Counted from the stretch's first letter, positions 36,629-47,882 are shown. The stretch is 64,000 nucleotides of DNA from Elusimicrobiota bacterium (GCA_016218575.1 JACRDN010000019.1:332302-396301), one strand, 5' to 3'. The notes: a model not told the origin generated them from the letters alone. A program made the numbers and translations.

Positions 36629-38189
36629 TTCGCTTCTCGATCTCGCGGGCGCGCAGGTCGCGCTTGAGGACTTTCTGCAGGGCGTTCTTGGGCAGCGCGT
36701 CCATGACTTCCACGTCGCGCGGGCGCTTGTACGGATCGAACTTGGCGCGGCAGTATTGCATGAGGGCGGCCTTGTCCGCCCTGGCGTCCGGGCGGAGCAC
36801 GAGGAAGGCCTTTATGGTTTCGTCGCCGTGCTCGTCGGGCACTCCGACCACGGCGGCCTCGGCCACGTCCGGATGATCGAGAAGAACCGCCTCGACCTGG
36901 GCCGAGAATACCTTGAGCCCCTTGACGATGATCATGTCCTTCTTGCGGTCCCGGATGTAGAGATAGCCGTCCGCGTCCAGGGCCCCGATGTCGCCGCTCT
37001 TGAACCACCCGTCCCGGGTGAAGGCCTGGCGCGTGGCCTCGGGGAGGCCATAGTAGCCCTTCATCACGTTGTCGCCCCTGATGCAGATCTCTCCCTCTTC
37101 TCCGATTGGAAGCTCCCGCTCATGATCATCGACGATTTTGATCCGGGTGCCGGGGATGGCGCGCCCCACGCTGCAGGGCCGGGGGGCGTCCGGGGGATTG
37201 ACCGTGGCCACCGGAGAGGTTTCGGTGAGGCCGTAGCCCTCCAGGATGGGAACGCGCAGGGCCGACTCGAAGGCCTTCTGTACCGGGAGACTCAACGGCG
37301 CGGCCCCGGAAATGGCCATCCGGACCTTGCGGAAAAACCACCAGCGCAGGACGAAGCCCTTCCAGCCCTGGGCCTCCTTGGCAAGCAAAGAGTAGACCTG
37401 GGGAACCGCCGAGAAAATGGTGACCCCGTGCCGGGCCATGAGGCCGAGCCAAGGCTTGGCCGGCGCGATATTGGGCGAGACCACGAGCTTTATGCCCAAG
37501 CGCAGGCAGACGAGCACGTTGCCGGTCCAGGCGAAGGTGTGGAACATGGGCAGGATGCAGAGCGCCACGTCCGAGGCCTTGAGCTTGAGCTGGGACAGGG
37601 TGTTCTCGCAATTGCTGACGAGATTCTTGTGCGTGAGCATGACCCCCTTGGGCACGCCGGTCGTGCCCGAGGTGTAGAGAATTCCCATGGTTTCCTGTTC
37701 GTCTGCGAGGGGAGCGTTTTTGGGAGCCTCCGGGCCTTTGAGCAGTTCGGAGAAGGGCCTCTCCGCGCCTCGGGCTTGGCCCTCGGCTATGTCGGTGACC
37801 CAAATCGTCTTGAGGCAGGGAGCCGAGGCCGAGGCGGCGCGCAGCCCTTTTAAGAACTCCCTCTGGGTCACGACGCCCGCCGTCCGGCAGTCGTTGAGCA
37901 TGTAGGACAGCTCTCCGGGTTTCTGGACCATGAAGTTAATGGGCACCGCCGCGGCCCCGAGGCGCGCCAGGGCGAAGTAGGCCACGATGAAATCCGGGCT
38001 GTTTCGGAGGATGAGGGCCACGCATTGGCCGCGCCCGACGCCGGCGGCCTCGAAACCCGCCGCGGCGCGCAGGACCTCTGCCTTGAGCTCGGTGAAGGAC
38101 AGGCTCCGGGTCTCGGTGGCGATGGCGGGTTTGGCGCCGTCCTCTAGGGCCGCGCGGTCCAGGAGATCGTTGAGGGTTTTAATTTCCAT
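36612..38189 (-). CDS. Long-chain-fatty-acid--CoA ligase (AMP-binding superfamily)
   Basis: ILYTSGTTGVPKGVMLTHKNL (AMP-binding box), GYGLTETSP, and C-terminal GEICIRG...GWFKSGDIG...RDRKKDMII. The start is set at MEIKTLNDLL (ATG at 38189). Confidence 0.85.
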   Translation of the reverse strand: MEIKTLNDLLDRAALEDGAKPAIATETRSLSFTELKAEVLRAAAGFEAAGVGRGQCVALILRNSPDFIVAYFALARLGAAAVPINFMVQKPGELSYMLNDCRTAGVVTQREFLKGLRAASASAPCLKTIWVTDIAEGQARGAERPFSELLKGPEAPKNAPLADEQETMGILYTSGTTGVPKGVMLTHKNLVSNCENTLSQLKLKASDVALCILPMFHTFAWTGNVLVCLRLGIKLVVSPNIAPAKPWLGLMARHGVTIFSAVPQVYSLLAKEAQGWKGFVLRWWFFRKVRMAISGAAPLSLPVQKAFESALRVPILEGYGLTETSPVATVNPPDAPRPCSVGRAIPGTRIKIVDDHERELPIGEEGEICIRGDNVMKGYYGLPEATRQAFTRDGWFKSGDIGALDADGYLYIRDRKKDMIIVKGLKVFSAQVEAVLLDHPDVAEAAVVGVPDEHGDETIKAFLVLRPDARADKAALMQYCRAKFDPYKRPRDVEVMDALPKNALQKVLKRDLRAREIEKRSAPAS

Positions 38190-38196
38190 GGGCGCG

Positions 38197-39090
38197 CTAT
38201 TTCTGCCGTGGATCCAGGATGTCCCGGACCGCGTCGCCCAGGAGGTTCCAGCCAAGAACGAAGAGGAAAATGGCAAATCCCGGGATGAAAACCGTGTGCC
38301 AAAACTCGAAGGGGTTGCCGGAGGTCCCCAGGATCCAGTTGCGCGAAAGCGAGATGAGCTGTCCCCAATCCGCGTAGCCGACCGGCGCGCCCAGCCCCAG
38401 GAAGCTCAGGGCCGCGGCCGTGATCACGATGCGGCCCATGGAAAGCGAGGCCACGACCAGGGCCGGGTAGATCGAGTTCGGGATGATGTGCCTAAACAGG
38501 ATGCGCAGGTCGGAGGCTCCCAGGGCCTTGGCGGCCAGCACGAATTCCCTCTCTTTTACCGAGAGCACGTCGCCGCGCAGCAGCCGGGCGTAGGACGGCC
38601 AGGAGACGGCGGTGACCGCCAGCATCACGTTGTGGAGGCTGGGTCCGCGGACCGAGACGATGACGACGGCCAGGACCAAGTCCGGGAAAGCCAGGATGAC
38701 GTCGGTAAATCGCATGAGGAGTTCGTCCACCCAGCCGCCGTAGAAGCCGGCCAGGCCCCCGAAGAGAATGCCCACGATGAGGGAGACTCCGACAACGCTC
38801 AAGGCCACGCGGAAGGCCGTGCGCGTGCCCCAGATCATGCCGTAGTAGAGGTCGTACTGCTGCTCCGTGGTGCCGAAGCGGTGCCGGGGGCTCGGGCGCA
38901 CGGGGTCGGGGCTGTAGCCGTCCTGGGGGATGATATAGGGGTCGCGAGAGTTCGCAGGAGGCGGGGCCAGGACCGGGGCCGCGAGGGCCACGGCCATAAA
39001 GAAGCCGATGAGCCCGAAGCCCAGAAGGGACATGGGCCTCTTCCTTAGGAGCCTATAAAAGGACTGCAAGCGCGTTCTATTCTCCATCAT
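38197..39090 (-). CDS. oppC: Peptide/nickel ABC transporter permease (OppC/DppC type)
   Basis: It has an EAA-type permease motif region (...AAKALGASDLRILFRHIIPNS...) and six TM helices. The start is set at MMENRTRL (ATG at 39090). Confidence 0.8.
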   Translation of the reverse strand: MMENRTRLQSFYRLLRKRPMSLLGFGLIGFFMAVALAAPVLAPPPANSRDPYIIPQDGYSPDPVRPSPRHRFGTTEQQYDLYYGMIWGTRTAFRVALSVVGVSLIVGILFGGLAGFYGGWVDELLMRFTDVILAFPDLVLAVVIVSVRGPSLHNVMLAVTAVSWPSYARLLRGDVLSVKEREFVLAAKALGASDLRILFRHIIPNSIYPALVVASLSMGRIVITAAALSFLGLGAPVGYADWGQLISLSRNWILGTSGNPFEFWHTVFIPGFAIFLFVLGWNLLGDAVRDILDPRQK

Positions 39091-40112
39091 CCTACCCGGA
39101 TGCGGGGATCCACCACCGCGTAGAGGATGTCGGAGACGAGATTTGCCAGGACGAACAGCGTGGCCGCGAGCAAAGTCGAGCCGAGAACCCCGGCGATGTC
39201 GAGCTGTTGGGCCGCCACCACGCCCCAGCGCCCGATCCCGGGGTAATCGAAGACCGTTTCCGTGATCACGACCCCGCCCAGGAGGTTGATGAAGAGGAGG
39301 CTCGATAGGGTCACGACCGGGATCAAGGTGTTTCGCAGGGCATGCTTCTTGACGATCACGTTGCCAGGCAGGCCCTTGGCCTTGGCCGTGCGGATGTAGT
39401 CCTTGCCGAGCTCTTCGAGCATGGAGGAGCGGGTGATGCGCAGGAGAAGGGCCACGCTGATGTAGGTCAAGGTGCAGGCTGGCAGTACCAGATGTTTGAG
39501 GACATCTCCCAGGGCTTTCCATTGCCCATTGAGAATGCAATCAAGCGTGAGCAGGCCCGTGTAGTGCCCGAAGGCCTCCGAATGGGTGAGAAGATCAACG
39601 TCCAGGGAGTAGCGTCCCGGCGGGAACCATTGCAGTTTTCCGTAGAAGATCATGAGAAGCAAAAGCCCCAGCACGAAGCTCGGCAAAGAATAACCCGTGA
39701 TGGCCACGAAGCGCGTGACGTGGTCGAGCCACTTGTCCTTGTACACGGCCGAAAGGGTGCCGAAATAAACTCCCAGGATGAGGATGGGAAAGAACGCCGC
39801 CACGGTCAGCTCCAAGGTGGCCGGGAAGAAGGCCTTGACCGCCTCGGCCACCGGCATTTTCGCGGTCTCGCTGTAGCCGAGGTCCCCCTTTATGACCTGC
39901 TTGAGCCAGATGCCGTACTGCACGGGCAGGGGCTTTCTGAGCCCATACTTCTCGATGACGGACTCGAGGGCCGAGAGCTGGCGGGGATCTTTGATGTAGA
40001 GCGAGGCCCGCATCTCCGGAGAGAGAAACTGCAGGGCCGCGAAAAGAAGCGCCGTCACCCCGAGCATCACGAAGGGCAGGAAGAGCAGGCGCTTCAGAAT
40101 GAACTTGGCCAT
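39087..40112 (-). CDS. oppB: Peptide/nickel ABC transporter permease (OppB/DppB type)
   Basis: IKGDLGYSETAKMPV, then a permease core with TAKAKGLPGNVIVKKHALRN (EAA loop). The start is at MAKFILKRLL (ATG at 40112). Confidence 0.8.
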   Translation of the reverse strand: MAKFILKRLLFLPFVMLGVTALLFAALQFLSPEMRASLYIKDPRQLSALESVIEKYGLRKPLPVQYGIWLKQVIKGDLGYSETAKMPVAEAVKAFFPATLELTVAAFFPILILGVYFGTLSAVYKDKWLDHVTRFVAITGYSLPSFVLGLLLLMIFYGKLQWFPPGRYSLDVDLLTHSEAFGHYTGLLTLDCILNGQWKALGDVLKHLVLPACTLTYISVALLLRITRSSMLEELGKDYIRTAKAKGLPGNVIVKKHALRNTLIPVVTLSSLLFINLLGGVVITETVFDYPGIGRWGVVAAQQLDIAGVLGSTLLAATLFVLANLVSDILYAVVDPRIRVG

Positions 40113-40122
40113 TATTCGAGGA

Positions 40123-41874
40123 TCATTGCTTGGAGATGGGGTAGTAGTATCCCCCATACGGCGAATCCGGGAACACCGGATTGTGGTACCAGCCCTTGAC
40201 CCAGTTTCGCTGGGTGCGGTAGCGGTACTGCTCTACGAAGACCATGTGCGGGACGAACTCGTACTCCAACTGCTGGAGCTTGGCGTAAAGCTGCTTGCGC
40301 TTGGCCAAGTTCGTCTCGCGGTTGGCCGCCTCGATGATCTTGTCGAACTCGGGATTGGAGAATTTTTGGCGGCCTGGAAAGTCCCCGTGGGTATGCAGGA
40401 GCGGGAAGGCGAAGTTGTGCGGGTCCGGGTAATCCGCGTTCCAGCCCATCACGAAGATGGGGAGCTTCGAGGAAGTGATGGCGTCGAGGAAGGTCGGCCA
40501 TTCCACCGCGCGCACGTCCACCGTGAACTTGGGGTTGACGGACTCTATCATCCTCTTCATGATTTGGCAGAGATTCTGACGCGCGGAGTTGCCCGAGTTG
40601 AACACCAATGTGAACCGGAAGCCCTCGGACCAGACTTTCCCCCCCCAGGCCTTCTGGAAATGCTCCTTGGCCTTGCCCAAGTCCAGGCTGTAGATGGCCT
40701 GTTTGGGGTTATAGCCGGGCAGGCTCTTGGGGATAGCACCCCGGGCGCGCACGCCCTTGCCCCCGAACACGTCCTTGATGTAGCCGTCGTAGTCGAAGGC
40801 GTAGGCAAATCCCTTGCGCACGTCGATGTCGGAGAAGAAGTCGGCGGGGATCCCCTGCCCATCGAGCTTGCCCGAGCCCAGGTAGGGGTTGCCGGCGGCG
40901 CTCACCTGGAAGGTGAAGAAGGCGATGGGGTTGATCTCCATGGTGGCTTGGCCGTCCAGGATCTGGACGCCCGGCAGGTTCTGGAACTGGCTGTATACCG
41001 AGCGGTCCGCGTAGACCGAGTCCACGTCCCCGGCCTGGAGCATGAGCTTGCGGGTGCCCACCTCGTTGATGCCCTTGATGATCACGCGCTTGAGCTTGGC
41101 CGGGCCCTTCCAGTAGCCGTCGTTGCGGGCGAGGATCACTTCCTTGGTTTTGCGGTCCCAGCGCTCGAGCTTGAAGGGGCCGGTGCCGTTGGAGCTCTCG
41201 AAGAAGGCGCTCGATTCCTTCTTGAGGTTGTTGAGCGCGGGGAGGCTCGCCTCGGCGCCGTCCCAATCCCCGCGCTTGACGGCCCAGGCCTTGGAGAGGA
41301 CGGGCCCCCAGGAGGCCAGGATGGACAGGAGCGGGGCGTAGGGCTGCGGCAAAGTCAGGACCAGAACGTCGCCCTCCACGCGCACGGCCTTCTCGGCGGC
41401 CTTGAATATATCGGGCTTGAGGGCGCCTTTCTCGTCGCGGGTGGTGGGAGTGCCGAGGATGGGCTCCAGAAGCAAGGAGGACGGCCCGGCCGCGCGGTCC
41501 AGGAGCAGGAAGCGGATGATGGAGTAGCGCACGTCCTCGGGCGTCATGGGGGTCCCGTCGTGGAATTTCACCCCCTTGCGGATGGGGATGCGGTATACCT
41601 TCCCGTCCGCCGAGATCCCGCCGTTTTCCCGGGTCGGAATCTTGGCCGCGGTGAGCGGGACCAGCTTCTCGGTCGAGGACTTGTCGAAGAAGAACAGGGG
41701 CTCGTAGATGTTGAGCATGATGCTGTGGCTGGCCGTGTCATAGGCCCAGGCCGGGTCCAAGGTGTCGGCGTCCGAGATGGTGGCGTAGGTGAAGGTGTCC
41801 GGGTGGGTGGTCGCGGAGCCCGTGCCGGCTCCGAGGCTGAGGATGGCCGTTATCGCGAGGAGTCGTTTTTTCAT
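40123..41874 (-). CDS. ABC transporter substrate-binding protein, family 5 (oligopeptide/nickel)
   Basis: It has a signal peptide and FTYATISDADTLDPAWAYDTASH...IYEPLF; architecture and length are typical of OppA/DppA-like SBPs. Confidence 0.8.
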   Translation of the reverse strand: MKKRLLAITAILSLGAGTGSATTHPDTFTYATISDADTLDPAWAYDTASHSIMLNIYEPLFFFDKSSTEKLVPLTAAKIPTRENGGISADGKVYRIPIRKGVKFHDGTPMTPEDVRYSIIRFLLLDRAAGPSSLLLEPILGTPTTRDEKGALKPDIFKAAEKAVRVEGDVLVLTLPQPYAPLLSILASWGPVLSKAWAVKRGDWDGAEASLPALNNLKKESSAFFESSNGTGPFKLERWDRKTKEVILARNDGYWKGPAKLKRVIIKGINEVGTRKLMLQAGDVDSVYADRSVYSQFQNLPGVQILDGQATMEINPIAFFTFQVSAAGNPYLGSGKLDGQGIPADFFSDIDVRKGFAYAFDYDGYIKDVFGGKGVRARGAIPKSLPGYNPKQAIYSLDLGKAKEHFQKAWGGKVWSEGFRFTLVFNSGNSARQNLCQIMKRMIESVNPKFTVDVRAVEWPTFLDAITSSKLPIFVMGWNADYPDPHNFAFPLLHTHGDFPGRQKFSNPEFDKIIEAANRETNLAKRKQLYAKLQQLEYEFVPHMVFVEQYRYRTQRNWVKGWYHNPVFPDSPYGGYYYPISKQ

Positions 41875-41883
41875 GGTTTTTGT

Positions 41884-43650
41884 TTATCCTTTAGATATTG
41901 GATACAGGTATCCGTAGAGAATGATTGGGTTATAATACCAGCCCTTCACCCACTGTCGGACGGCTTGAAAATTCACGGTGTCTATGGTGAAGATTTGCGG
42001 AAGCTCGGCGTTGGCGATGGCCGCGAGCTCGTAATAAAGGGCCTTGCGTTCGGCCAAGCCGCTCTCGGACTTGGCCTTCTCTATCAAGGCGTCGGCCCTC
42101 GGGTTCGCGTAGCCCTGGACCTTGGCGTAATAGCCCTGGCTGTGCAAAAAGGGATGGACCGCGTTATGGGGATCGGGGTAGTCCATGCCCCAGCGCACGT
42201 TGGCCATGGGGAACTTCCCCGCGGCGTAGGCGCTAAGATAAGTCGACCACTGCACCCCCCGGATGTCCATCTTGAACTTGGGGTTCAAGGACTCGACGTT
42301 TTTCTTCAATATCTGGCAGGCGAGCTGGCGGTCGGCCCGCCCTTCCATGTAGACCACGGTGAATTGGAAGCCCTTCTCCCATATCTCTCCGCCGCGGGCT
42401 TTCTTGAAATGTTCGGCGGCCTTTTCCAAATCATGCCTCGGGACTCCCTGCTGGGAATTATAGCCGATAACCCCGCGCGGGATGGGCCCGCGCGCCCGGT
42501 AGCCCTTGCCGCGGTAGCCGTCCCGGATGTAGGCGTCGTAGTCGAAGGCGTGGGCAAATCCCTTGCGCACGTCGATGTCGGAGAAGAAGTCGTCGGGGAT
42601 TCCCCGCCCGTCGAGCTTGCCGCTCCCGATATAGGGGTTGGCCTGGGGATTAATCTTGAAGGAGAAAATGAAGGCGTTATGGACTTCCAAGAAGGGCAAA
42701 TCATCCAGGATGCGCACTCCCTTAAGACCCGCTACTTGAGGGAGGAATTGCCTTTCCATCATGGCCGCGTCGGCGTCCCCGGCCTGGAGCATGAGCTTGC
42801 GCGTGCCCGGCTCGCTCACCGTGCGGAATACCAGGCGCTTGAGGGCGGCGGGCTTTCTCCAATAATTCTCATGGCGCGAGAGGACCACGAGCTTGTTTTC
42901 CTTGTCCCAGCGTTCGAGCTTGAAGGGGCCCGTGCCGTTGGCCCTGTCGTAGAGGGCCGCCTCCTGCTTTCCTTGGTCGTGGTACTTGATCCAGGACTCG
43001 GCGTTTGCGTCCCAGCCGCCGTGCCCGACGGTCCAGGCCTTGGAGACGATCGCCCCATAGCCGGCCAGGATGGAGAGAAGGGGGGCGTAGGGCTCCTTAA
43101 GGCGAACCACCAGGGCCCCGCCCTCGATACGGAGGGCCCGGTCGGCCTCGGCGAAGGCCTCGGGGTCCGGCCTGCCATCGGGGCCGGCCAGATTCTGGCG
43201 TCCGAGGATGGGCTCTAGAAGGAGGAAGGATGGGCCGCTTGAGCGGTCCATGAGGAGAAAGCGCATCAGGGAATACTTGACGTCCTCGGGGGTGAGGAGG
43301 CTCCCGTCGTGGAAGTGGACGTTTTTTCGGATGGGGAAGGTGTATGAGAGGCCGTCCTTCGACAAAAGGCTGTTTTTTAGGTCAGGCACCGCGCTCGCGA
43401 TCCGGGGCTCGAAGTCCTGGGTGGAGGAGCCCTTGTAGAAGATGAGATTTTCGTAAAGCTGGTACTCGATCTCGTGGCTGATCCCGTCGAACTCCCAGGC
43501 CGGGTCGAGGCTGTCCACGTCCCCGATCATCGCGTAGGTGAAGGTGTTGTAGTCCCCTGCCGCCCAGGCGGCAGGGGACAGGAGAACTGTCGTTATCGCG
43601 ACCGTGTATTTCCAGCTCAAGCCTTGCGCCCCTTTTCTTGCGCGAGCCAT
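41884..43650 (-). CDS. Second family-5 substrate-binding protein (tandem paralogue)
   Basis: It is a paralogue of the adjacent SBP (FTYAMIGDVDSLDPAWEFDGISH...LYENLI, a shared ...DVRKGFAHAFDYD... block). The start is at MARARKG (ATG at 43650). Confidence 0.8.
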   Translation of the reverse strand: MARARKGAQGLSWKYTVAITTVLLSPAAWAAGDYNTFTYAMIGDVDSLDPAWEFDGISHEIEYQLYENLIFYKGSSTQDFEPRIASAVPDLKNSLLSKDGLSYTFPIRKNVHFHDGSLLTPEDVKYSLMRFLLMDRSSGPSFLLLEPILGRQNLAGPDGRPDPEAFAEADRALRIEGGALVVRLKEPYAPLLSILAGYGAIVSKAWTVGHGGWDANAESWIKYHDQGKQEAALYDRANGTGPFKLERWDKENKLVVLSRHENYWRKPAALKRLVFRTVSEPGTRKLMLQAGDADAAMMERQFLPQVAGLKGVRILDDLPFLEVHNAFIFSFKINPQANPYIGSGKLDGRGIPDDFFSDIDVRKGFAHAFDYDAYIRDGYRGKGYRARGPIPRGVIGYNSQQGVPRHDLEKAAEHFKKARGGEIWEKGFQFTVVYMEGRADRQLACQILKKNVESLNPKFKMDIRGVQWSTYLSAYAAGKFPMANVRWGMDYPDPHNAVHPFLHSQGYYAKVQGYANPRADALIEKAKSESGLAERKALYYELAAIANAELPQIFTIDTVNFQAVRQWVKGWYYNPIILYGYLYPISKG

Positions 43651-45824
43651 TTCTCGCAACCCACCAGGACGAGGCAGAGCAAGAGAACCCCGAAAGCCGC
43701 CAAGGAGGTCGCGTCGCTTTGGGTCCAAGCCCCCAGCCTTTGGCTCAAATCAAGCCTCTTGACCAAGGACGGGCTCAGGGAGAACAAGGCGATCACGATG
43801 CCGGCGATGGCGCCCCCCGCGATATAGCCCGAGGAAAGAAGGACCCCGGGGCTCATTTCGGACTCCGCCGCGCTTTTCTTGGTCCAGCGGTCCACCAGCC
43901 AGCGCACGACTCCTCCCGCGAAAATGGGCGTGGATGCGGCAAGGGGCAGGTAGACCCCGACGGCGAAGGGAAGAGAGGGCACCGCGCAGAGCTCCAGGAC
44001 CAAGGCGATGGCCACTCCCAGGAGCACCAGGCCCCAGGGCAGTTTGCCCGTGAGTATGCCGTCTATGATGAGAGACATCAGCCGGGCCTTGGGAGCGTTG
44101 TACTTTTGAACCGTGCTCCCGTCCATTCGGGTTTTTTCCACGCCGTTGATCCCGGGATCGACCAGATAGCGGACAGAGCCGGAATCGTCCACCAGGTACT
44201 TGCCGGCGGGAAGGCCGGCCACGTCCCCCTCTCCCACGTGCCAGGCCCAATAGGTCTTGGAGTCCATGGCCGCGTCCGGGCCGCGCAGGGCCTCCCTTTT
44301 GGAGAGCTCCTGCATGGGCGCGTGGATCTCCGGGTAGTTGCGCGGGGCGTACACCGTGCTCGCGTCGTTTAAGACCATCAAGGTCATGCCGATGACCAAG
44401 GCCGAGGACAGGGCCCCGACCAGGAGTCCCACCTGCTGATGCCGCGGCGTGGCCCCCACCAGGTAGCCGGTTTTCAAGTCCTGCGAGGTCGTTCCCCCGT
44501 TGGAGGCCGCGATGCAGACGATGGCCGCGATGGAGAGGGCGGTGAGCCGGGCTCCCTTGCCCACCCAGCCCCCGGAGGGATCGAAATGTCCCATCAGGAC
44601 GAAGATGAGGCAGGTGAGAAGCAAGGTCGCCACGGTCATGCCCGAGATGGGGTTGGAGGAGGAGCCGATCTCCCCGGTGAGCCGCGAGGAGACGGTCACG
44701 AAGAGAAAACCGAACAGCACGATGAGGACCGCTCCCAGGAGCCCCTTGATCCCGAAGCCGAGGCCGAGCATCGGTGCTCCCGCGATGGCCAGGACCAGCC
44801 CGAGGCTTCCCCCGATCACCACGCGGCTGGAGAGATCGTCCTCCGTCCGGACCTTGCGCTGGGAGGCGGCGGATTTCCCGGTCCCCGAGGCGATGTCGGA
44901 AAGGCCGGATTTGAGCGAGGTCCAGATGGTGGGCAGGGCCTGCAGGAGGCTCACGATGCCGCCCGCGGCCACGGCTCCGGCTCCGATGTAGAGGACGTAG
45001 GCCTTCCAGATTTCCCCCGGCTCCATGTCCCGTATGAGCTTGGTGGCCGGGAAAAGCGGGGTTGGGGCCATGTCGCCGAAGAGCTTGATGGCCGGGGTGA
45101 GGACCCAGGAGGCGAGGATGCCTCCGGCCACCATCACGCAGGAGATGCGGGTCCCGATGATGTAGCCGACCCCCAGGAGCTCCGGAGCCACCTCCCCGCT
45201 CACGGCCGCGCCCTTGAAGAACGAGATGGCTCGGCTCGGGACGTCGTTCCACAGCCGCAAGGCGCTCATAAGGATCTTGTAAAGAGTGGCCAGGCCGAAT
45301 CCCGTGAACACGGTCTTAGCGCTGGCTCCCCCCTGCTCGCCCACGATGAGGACGTCCGCGCAAGCGGTGCCCTCGGGATAAGGAAGCTTGCCGTGCTGCT
45401 TGACTATGAAGGCCCGGCGCAGGGGGATCATCATGAGCACCCCCAGGAGGCCCCCCAGAGAGGAGACCACCATGACCCGGGCCAGGTCCATCTCGTAGCC
45501 GAGGACCATGAGTGCTGGCATGGTGACTCCCACGCCGAAGGCGATGGATTCCCCCGCCGAGCCGGTGGTCTGGACCATGTTGTTCTCGAGGATGGTGGCC
45601 CGGCGCGCGCCGGGCAGGCGGCTTGCGAGCCTGAATATGGTGATGGAAAGCACCGCGATGGGAATGGAGGCCGAGACCGTCATGCCGACTTTCAGCACCA
45701 GATAGAGAGAGGAGGCGCCGAAGACGATCCCTAGCACCGCTCCCAGCAGCACGGCCGACCACGTGAATTCGGGGATGCTGGAGTGGTCCGGAATGTAAGG
45801 CTTGTGTTGTGGTTCTGCGTTCAT
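43617..45824 (-). CDS. OPT-family oligopeptide transporter
   Basis: 735 aa with about 16 TM helices, N-terminal [43 protein letters not shown] and conserved OPT blocks (GYIIGTRIS, ...[14 protein letters not shown]...). Confidence 0.8.
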   Translation of the reverse strand: MNAEPQHKPYIPDHSSIPEFTWSAVLLGAVLGIVFGASSLYLVLKVGMTVSASIPIAVLSITIFRLASRLPGARRATILENNMVQTTGSAGESIAFGVGVTMPALMVLGYEMDLARVMVVSSLGGLLGVLMMIPLRRAFIVKQHGKLPYPEGTACADVLIVGEQGGASAKTVFTGFGLATLYKILMSALRLWNDVPSRAISFFKGAAVSGEVAPELLGVGYIIGTRISCVMVAGGILASWVLTPAIKLFGDMAPTPLFPATKLIRDMEPGEIWKAYVLYIGAGAVAAGGIVSLLQALPTIWTSLKSGLSDIASGTGKSAASQRKVRTEDDLSSRVVIGGSLGLVLAIAGAPMLGLGFGIKGLLGAVLIVLFGFLFVTVSSRLTGEIGSSSNPISGMTVATLLLTCLIFVLMGHFDPSGGWVGKGARLTALSIAAIVCIAASNGGTTSQDLKTGYLVGATPRHQQVGLLVGALSSALVIGMTLMVLNDASTVYAPRNYPEIHAPMQELSKREALRGPDAAMDSKTYWAWHVGEGDVAGLPAGKYLVDDSGSVRYLVDPGINGVEKTRMDGSTVQKYNAPKARLMSLIIDGILTGKLPWGLVLLGVAIALVLELCAVPSLPFAVGVYLPLAASTPIFAGGVVRWLVDRWTKKSAAESEMSPGVLLSSGYIAGGAIAGIVIALFSLSPSLVKRLDLSQRLGAWTQSDATSLAAFGVLLLCLVLVGCEKWLAQEKGRKA

Positions 45825-46981
45825 AGGGCGATCAAGGCCGCCTGGCTGGGCTTTTCCTTGAAAGGCAGGACCGGGCAGGCGGCCCAGTGCCCGGCCTTAG
45901 GCTCTCCCAGGGGCGGAACCTCCGTTTTGCAGGATGCAACGGCGTAGCGGCAGCGCGGATGAAAGTGGCAGCCGGAGGGAGGCTTCAAGGGGCTGGGGAC
46001 GTCTCCGGCGAGGAGAATTCTTTTGCGCTTCTTCTCGATGTTGGGGTCGGGGATGGGCACCGCCGATAGGAGGGCCTCGGTGTAGGGATGCTGGGGATCG
46101 TTGAAAAGCGCCTCCGACTCGGCCAGCTCCACGATCCGCCCCAGGTACATGACCGCGATGCGGTTGCAGAGGTGCCGCACCACCGAGAAGTCGTGCGAGA
46201 TGAAGACGTAAGTGAGTTTGAGCTCCCTTTGCAGATCCTTGAGGAGGTTCAGTATCTGCGCCTGGATGGATACGTCCAGGGCAGAGACCGGCTCGTCGGC
46301 CACGATGAGCTTGGGGTTCAAGGCCAGCGCCCGAGCGATCCCGACGCGCTGCCTCTGCCCGCCGGAAAACTCATGGGGGTGGCGGCGCAAATGGCTCTTG
46401 GCCAGGCCGCAGACGTCCAAGAGGTATTCCAGGCGCTTCTGGCGCTCGGCCGGGTTCTTGTGGACGCCATGGATGATGAAGGGCTCCGAGATGATCTGCT
46501 CCACGGTCATGCGCGGGTTGAGGCTGGAGAAGGGATCCTGGAATATCACCTGCATCTGACGGCGGAGCTTGCGCATCTCCCCGCCGGAGAGCTCGCTCAT
46601 CTTGCGGCCCTCGAACAGAACTTCACCTTCCGTGGGCTTCTCCAGGGCCAGAATGAGCCGGCCCAAGGTGGTCTTTCCGCAGCCGGACTCCCCGACGATG
46701 GCGAAGCTTTCCTGTGATCTTACCGAGAAGCTCACTCCGTCCACGGCCTTGACCTCGGATTTCCGGCCCATGAGGCCCTTGCGCACGGAAAAATATTTCT
46801 TGAGGCCGCTGACCTCGAGAAGCGGTTGGTCCGTGGGGCTCAAGAGACCGCCTCCCGGTGCCCGCCGTAGCGGTGGCGTGACTCCTGGGACTCGCCTTCC
46901 TGCTTCCAGCAGTTGGACATGCGGCCGCCGGCCAGGTGGAATTGGGGCGGATCCTGGGTCTTGCAGCGCTCCTCGGCGCAA
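45821..46981 (-). CDS. oppF: Peptide ABC transporter ATPase (OppF/DppF type); true start probably near 46850
   Basis: Walker [10 protein letters not shown], signature [15 protein letters not shown], Walker [13 protein letters not shown], and an OppF-type C-terminal extension ([13 protein letters not shown]). The N-terminal 45 aa of the listed ORF are low complexity and overlap oppD. Confidence 0.8.
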   Translation of the reverse strand: MRRGALQDPGSAPIPPGRRPHVQLLEAGRRVPGVTPPLRRAPGGGLLSPTDQPLLEVSGLKKYFSVRKGLMGRKSEVKAVDGVSFSVRSQESFAIVGESGCGKTTLGRLILALEKPTEGEVLFEGRKMSELSGGEMRKLRRQMQVIFQDPFSSLNPRMTVEQIISEPFIIHGVHKNPAERQKRLEYLLDVCGLAKSHLRRHPHEFSGGQRQRVGIARALALNPKLIVADEPVSALDVSIQAQILNLLKDLQRELKLTYVFISHDFSVVRHLCNRIAVMYLGRIVELAESEALFNDPQHPYTEALLSAVPIPDPNIEKKRKRILLAGDVPSPLKPPSGCHFHPRCRYAVASCKTEVPPLGEPKAGHWAACPVLPFKEKPSQAALIAL

Positions 46982-47859
46982 GGACAGCGGGTCACGAAGG
47001 GGCAGCCCGGGAACTCCCGGGTGAGTTCGGGGGGCTGGCCGGGCACCGCCTCGAGCCTTTCCTTGCGCTGGTAAATGGAGGGGACGGAATTGAGCAGGCC
47101 CTGGGTGTAGGGATGCTTGGGGCTCTTGAAAATCTCGGAGACAACTGCGTGCTCGACCTGGCGGCCGGCATACATCACCGAGACCTCGTCGGCCATCTCC
47201 GCCACCACCCCGATGTTGTGGGTGATGAGGATGATCGCCATCTTGTATTCCTTCTGGAGGTTGCGCATGAGCTCGAGGATCTGGGCCTGGATCGTGACGT
47301 CGAGGGCCGTGGTCGGCTCGTCGGCGATGAGGACGTCCGGCTCGCAGGAAAGCGCGATAGCGATCATGGCCCTCTGGCGCATCCCCCCGGAGAACTGGTG
47401 GGGATAGTCCTTGACCCGCTCCTCGGCGTGGGGAATCCCGACTTTTTCGAGAAGCGACACGGCCTTGGCCCAGGCCTTTTCGCGGCTCGCCTTCTGGTGA
47501 AGCATCACGGCCTCGGCGATCTGGTCTCCCACGGTGAGGACGGGGTTGAGCGAAGTCATGGGCTCCTGGAAAATCATGGCGATGCGGTTGCCGCGGATCT
47601 CGCGCATGGGAGTGGGCCCAAGGCGCAGGAGGTCCTGGCCCGCGAAAAGGATTTTTCCGGCCACGATCTTGGCGGGCGGCATGGGCAACAGCCTCAGGAT
47701 GGACAGGGCGTGCACGCTTTTCCCCGAGCCGGACTCCCCCACCACGGCCAAGGTCTTGCCGGGGTACAGGTCGTAGCTGATCCCGTCCACGGCGCGCACC
47801 ACGTTGGAGTCGGTGTGGAAGTACGTTCTGAGGCCCTGGACTGAAAGGATGGGATCCAC
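46840..47859 (-). CDS. oppD: Peptide ABC transporter ATPase (OppD/DppD type)
   Basis: [14 protein letters not shown], Walker [10 protein letters not shown], signature [15 protein letters not shown], Walker [12 protein letters not shown], and a C-terminal Cys cluster ([14 protein letters not shown]). Confidence 0.85.
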   Translation of the reverse strand: MDPILSVQGLRTYFHTDSNVVRAVDGISYDLYPGKTLAVVGESGSGKSVHALSILRLLPMPPAKIVAGKILFAGQDLLRLGPTPMREIRGNRIAMIFQEPMTSLNPVLTVGDQIAEAVMLHQKASREKAWAKAVSLLEKVGIPHAEERVKDYPHQFSGGMRQRAMIAIALSCEPDVLIADEPTTALDVTIQAQILELMRNLQKEYKMAIILITHNIGVVAEMADEVSVMYAGRQVEHAVVSEIFKSPKHPYTQGLLNSVPSIYQRKERLEAVPGQPPELTREFPGCPFVTRCPCAEERCKTQDPPQFHLAGGRMSNCWKQEGESQESRHRYGGHREAVS

Positions 47860-47882
47860 TTAGGGGAGAGGCAAAGTCAACC

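Noticed and set aside
40099-43218. 1039-aa plus-strand ORF (and many others, e.g. 12636-13373, 14616-15488, 15564-16502, 17361-18167, 35573-36433, 44439-45734, 54477-55256, 59093-59959) antisense to well-supported genes
   Set aside because: They are Ala/Arg/Gly/Pro-dominated with no motifs and always lie opposite genes with clear homology and signal peptides. They are the expected stop-codon-poor antisense frames of 65%-GC DNA.
43750-45252. 500-aa same-strand ORF in an alternative frame within the OPT transporter gene
   Set aside because: Arg/Gly/Pro/His-rich with no hydrophobic helices, whereas the 735-aa frame gives a coherent 16-TM OPT protein.
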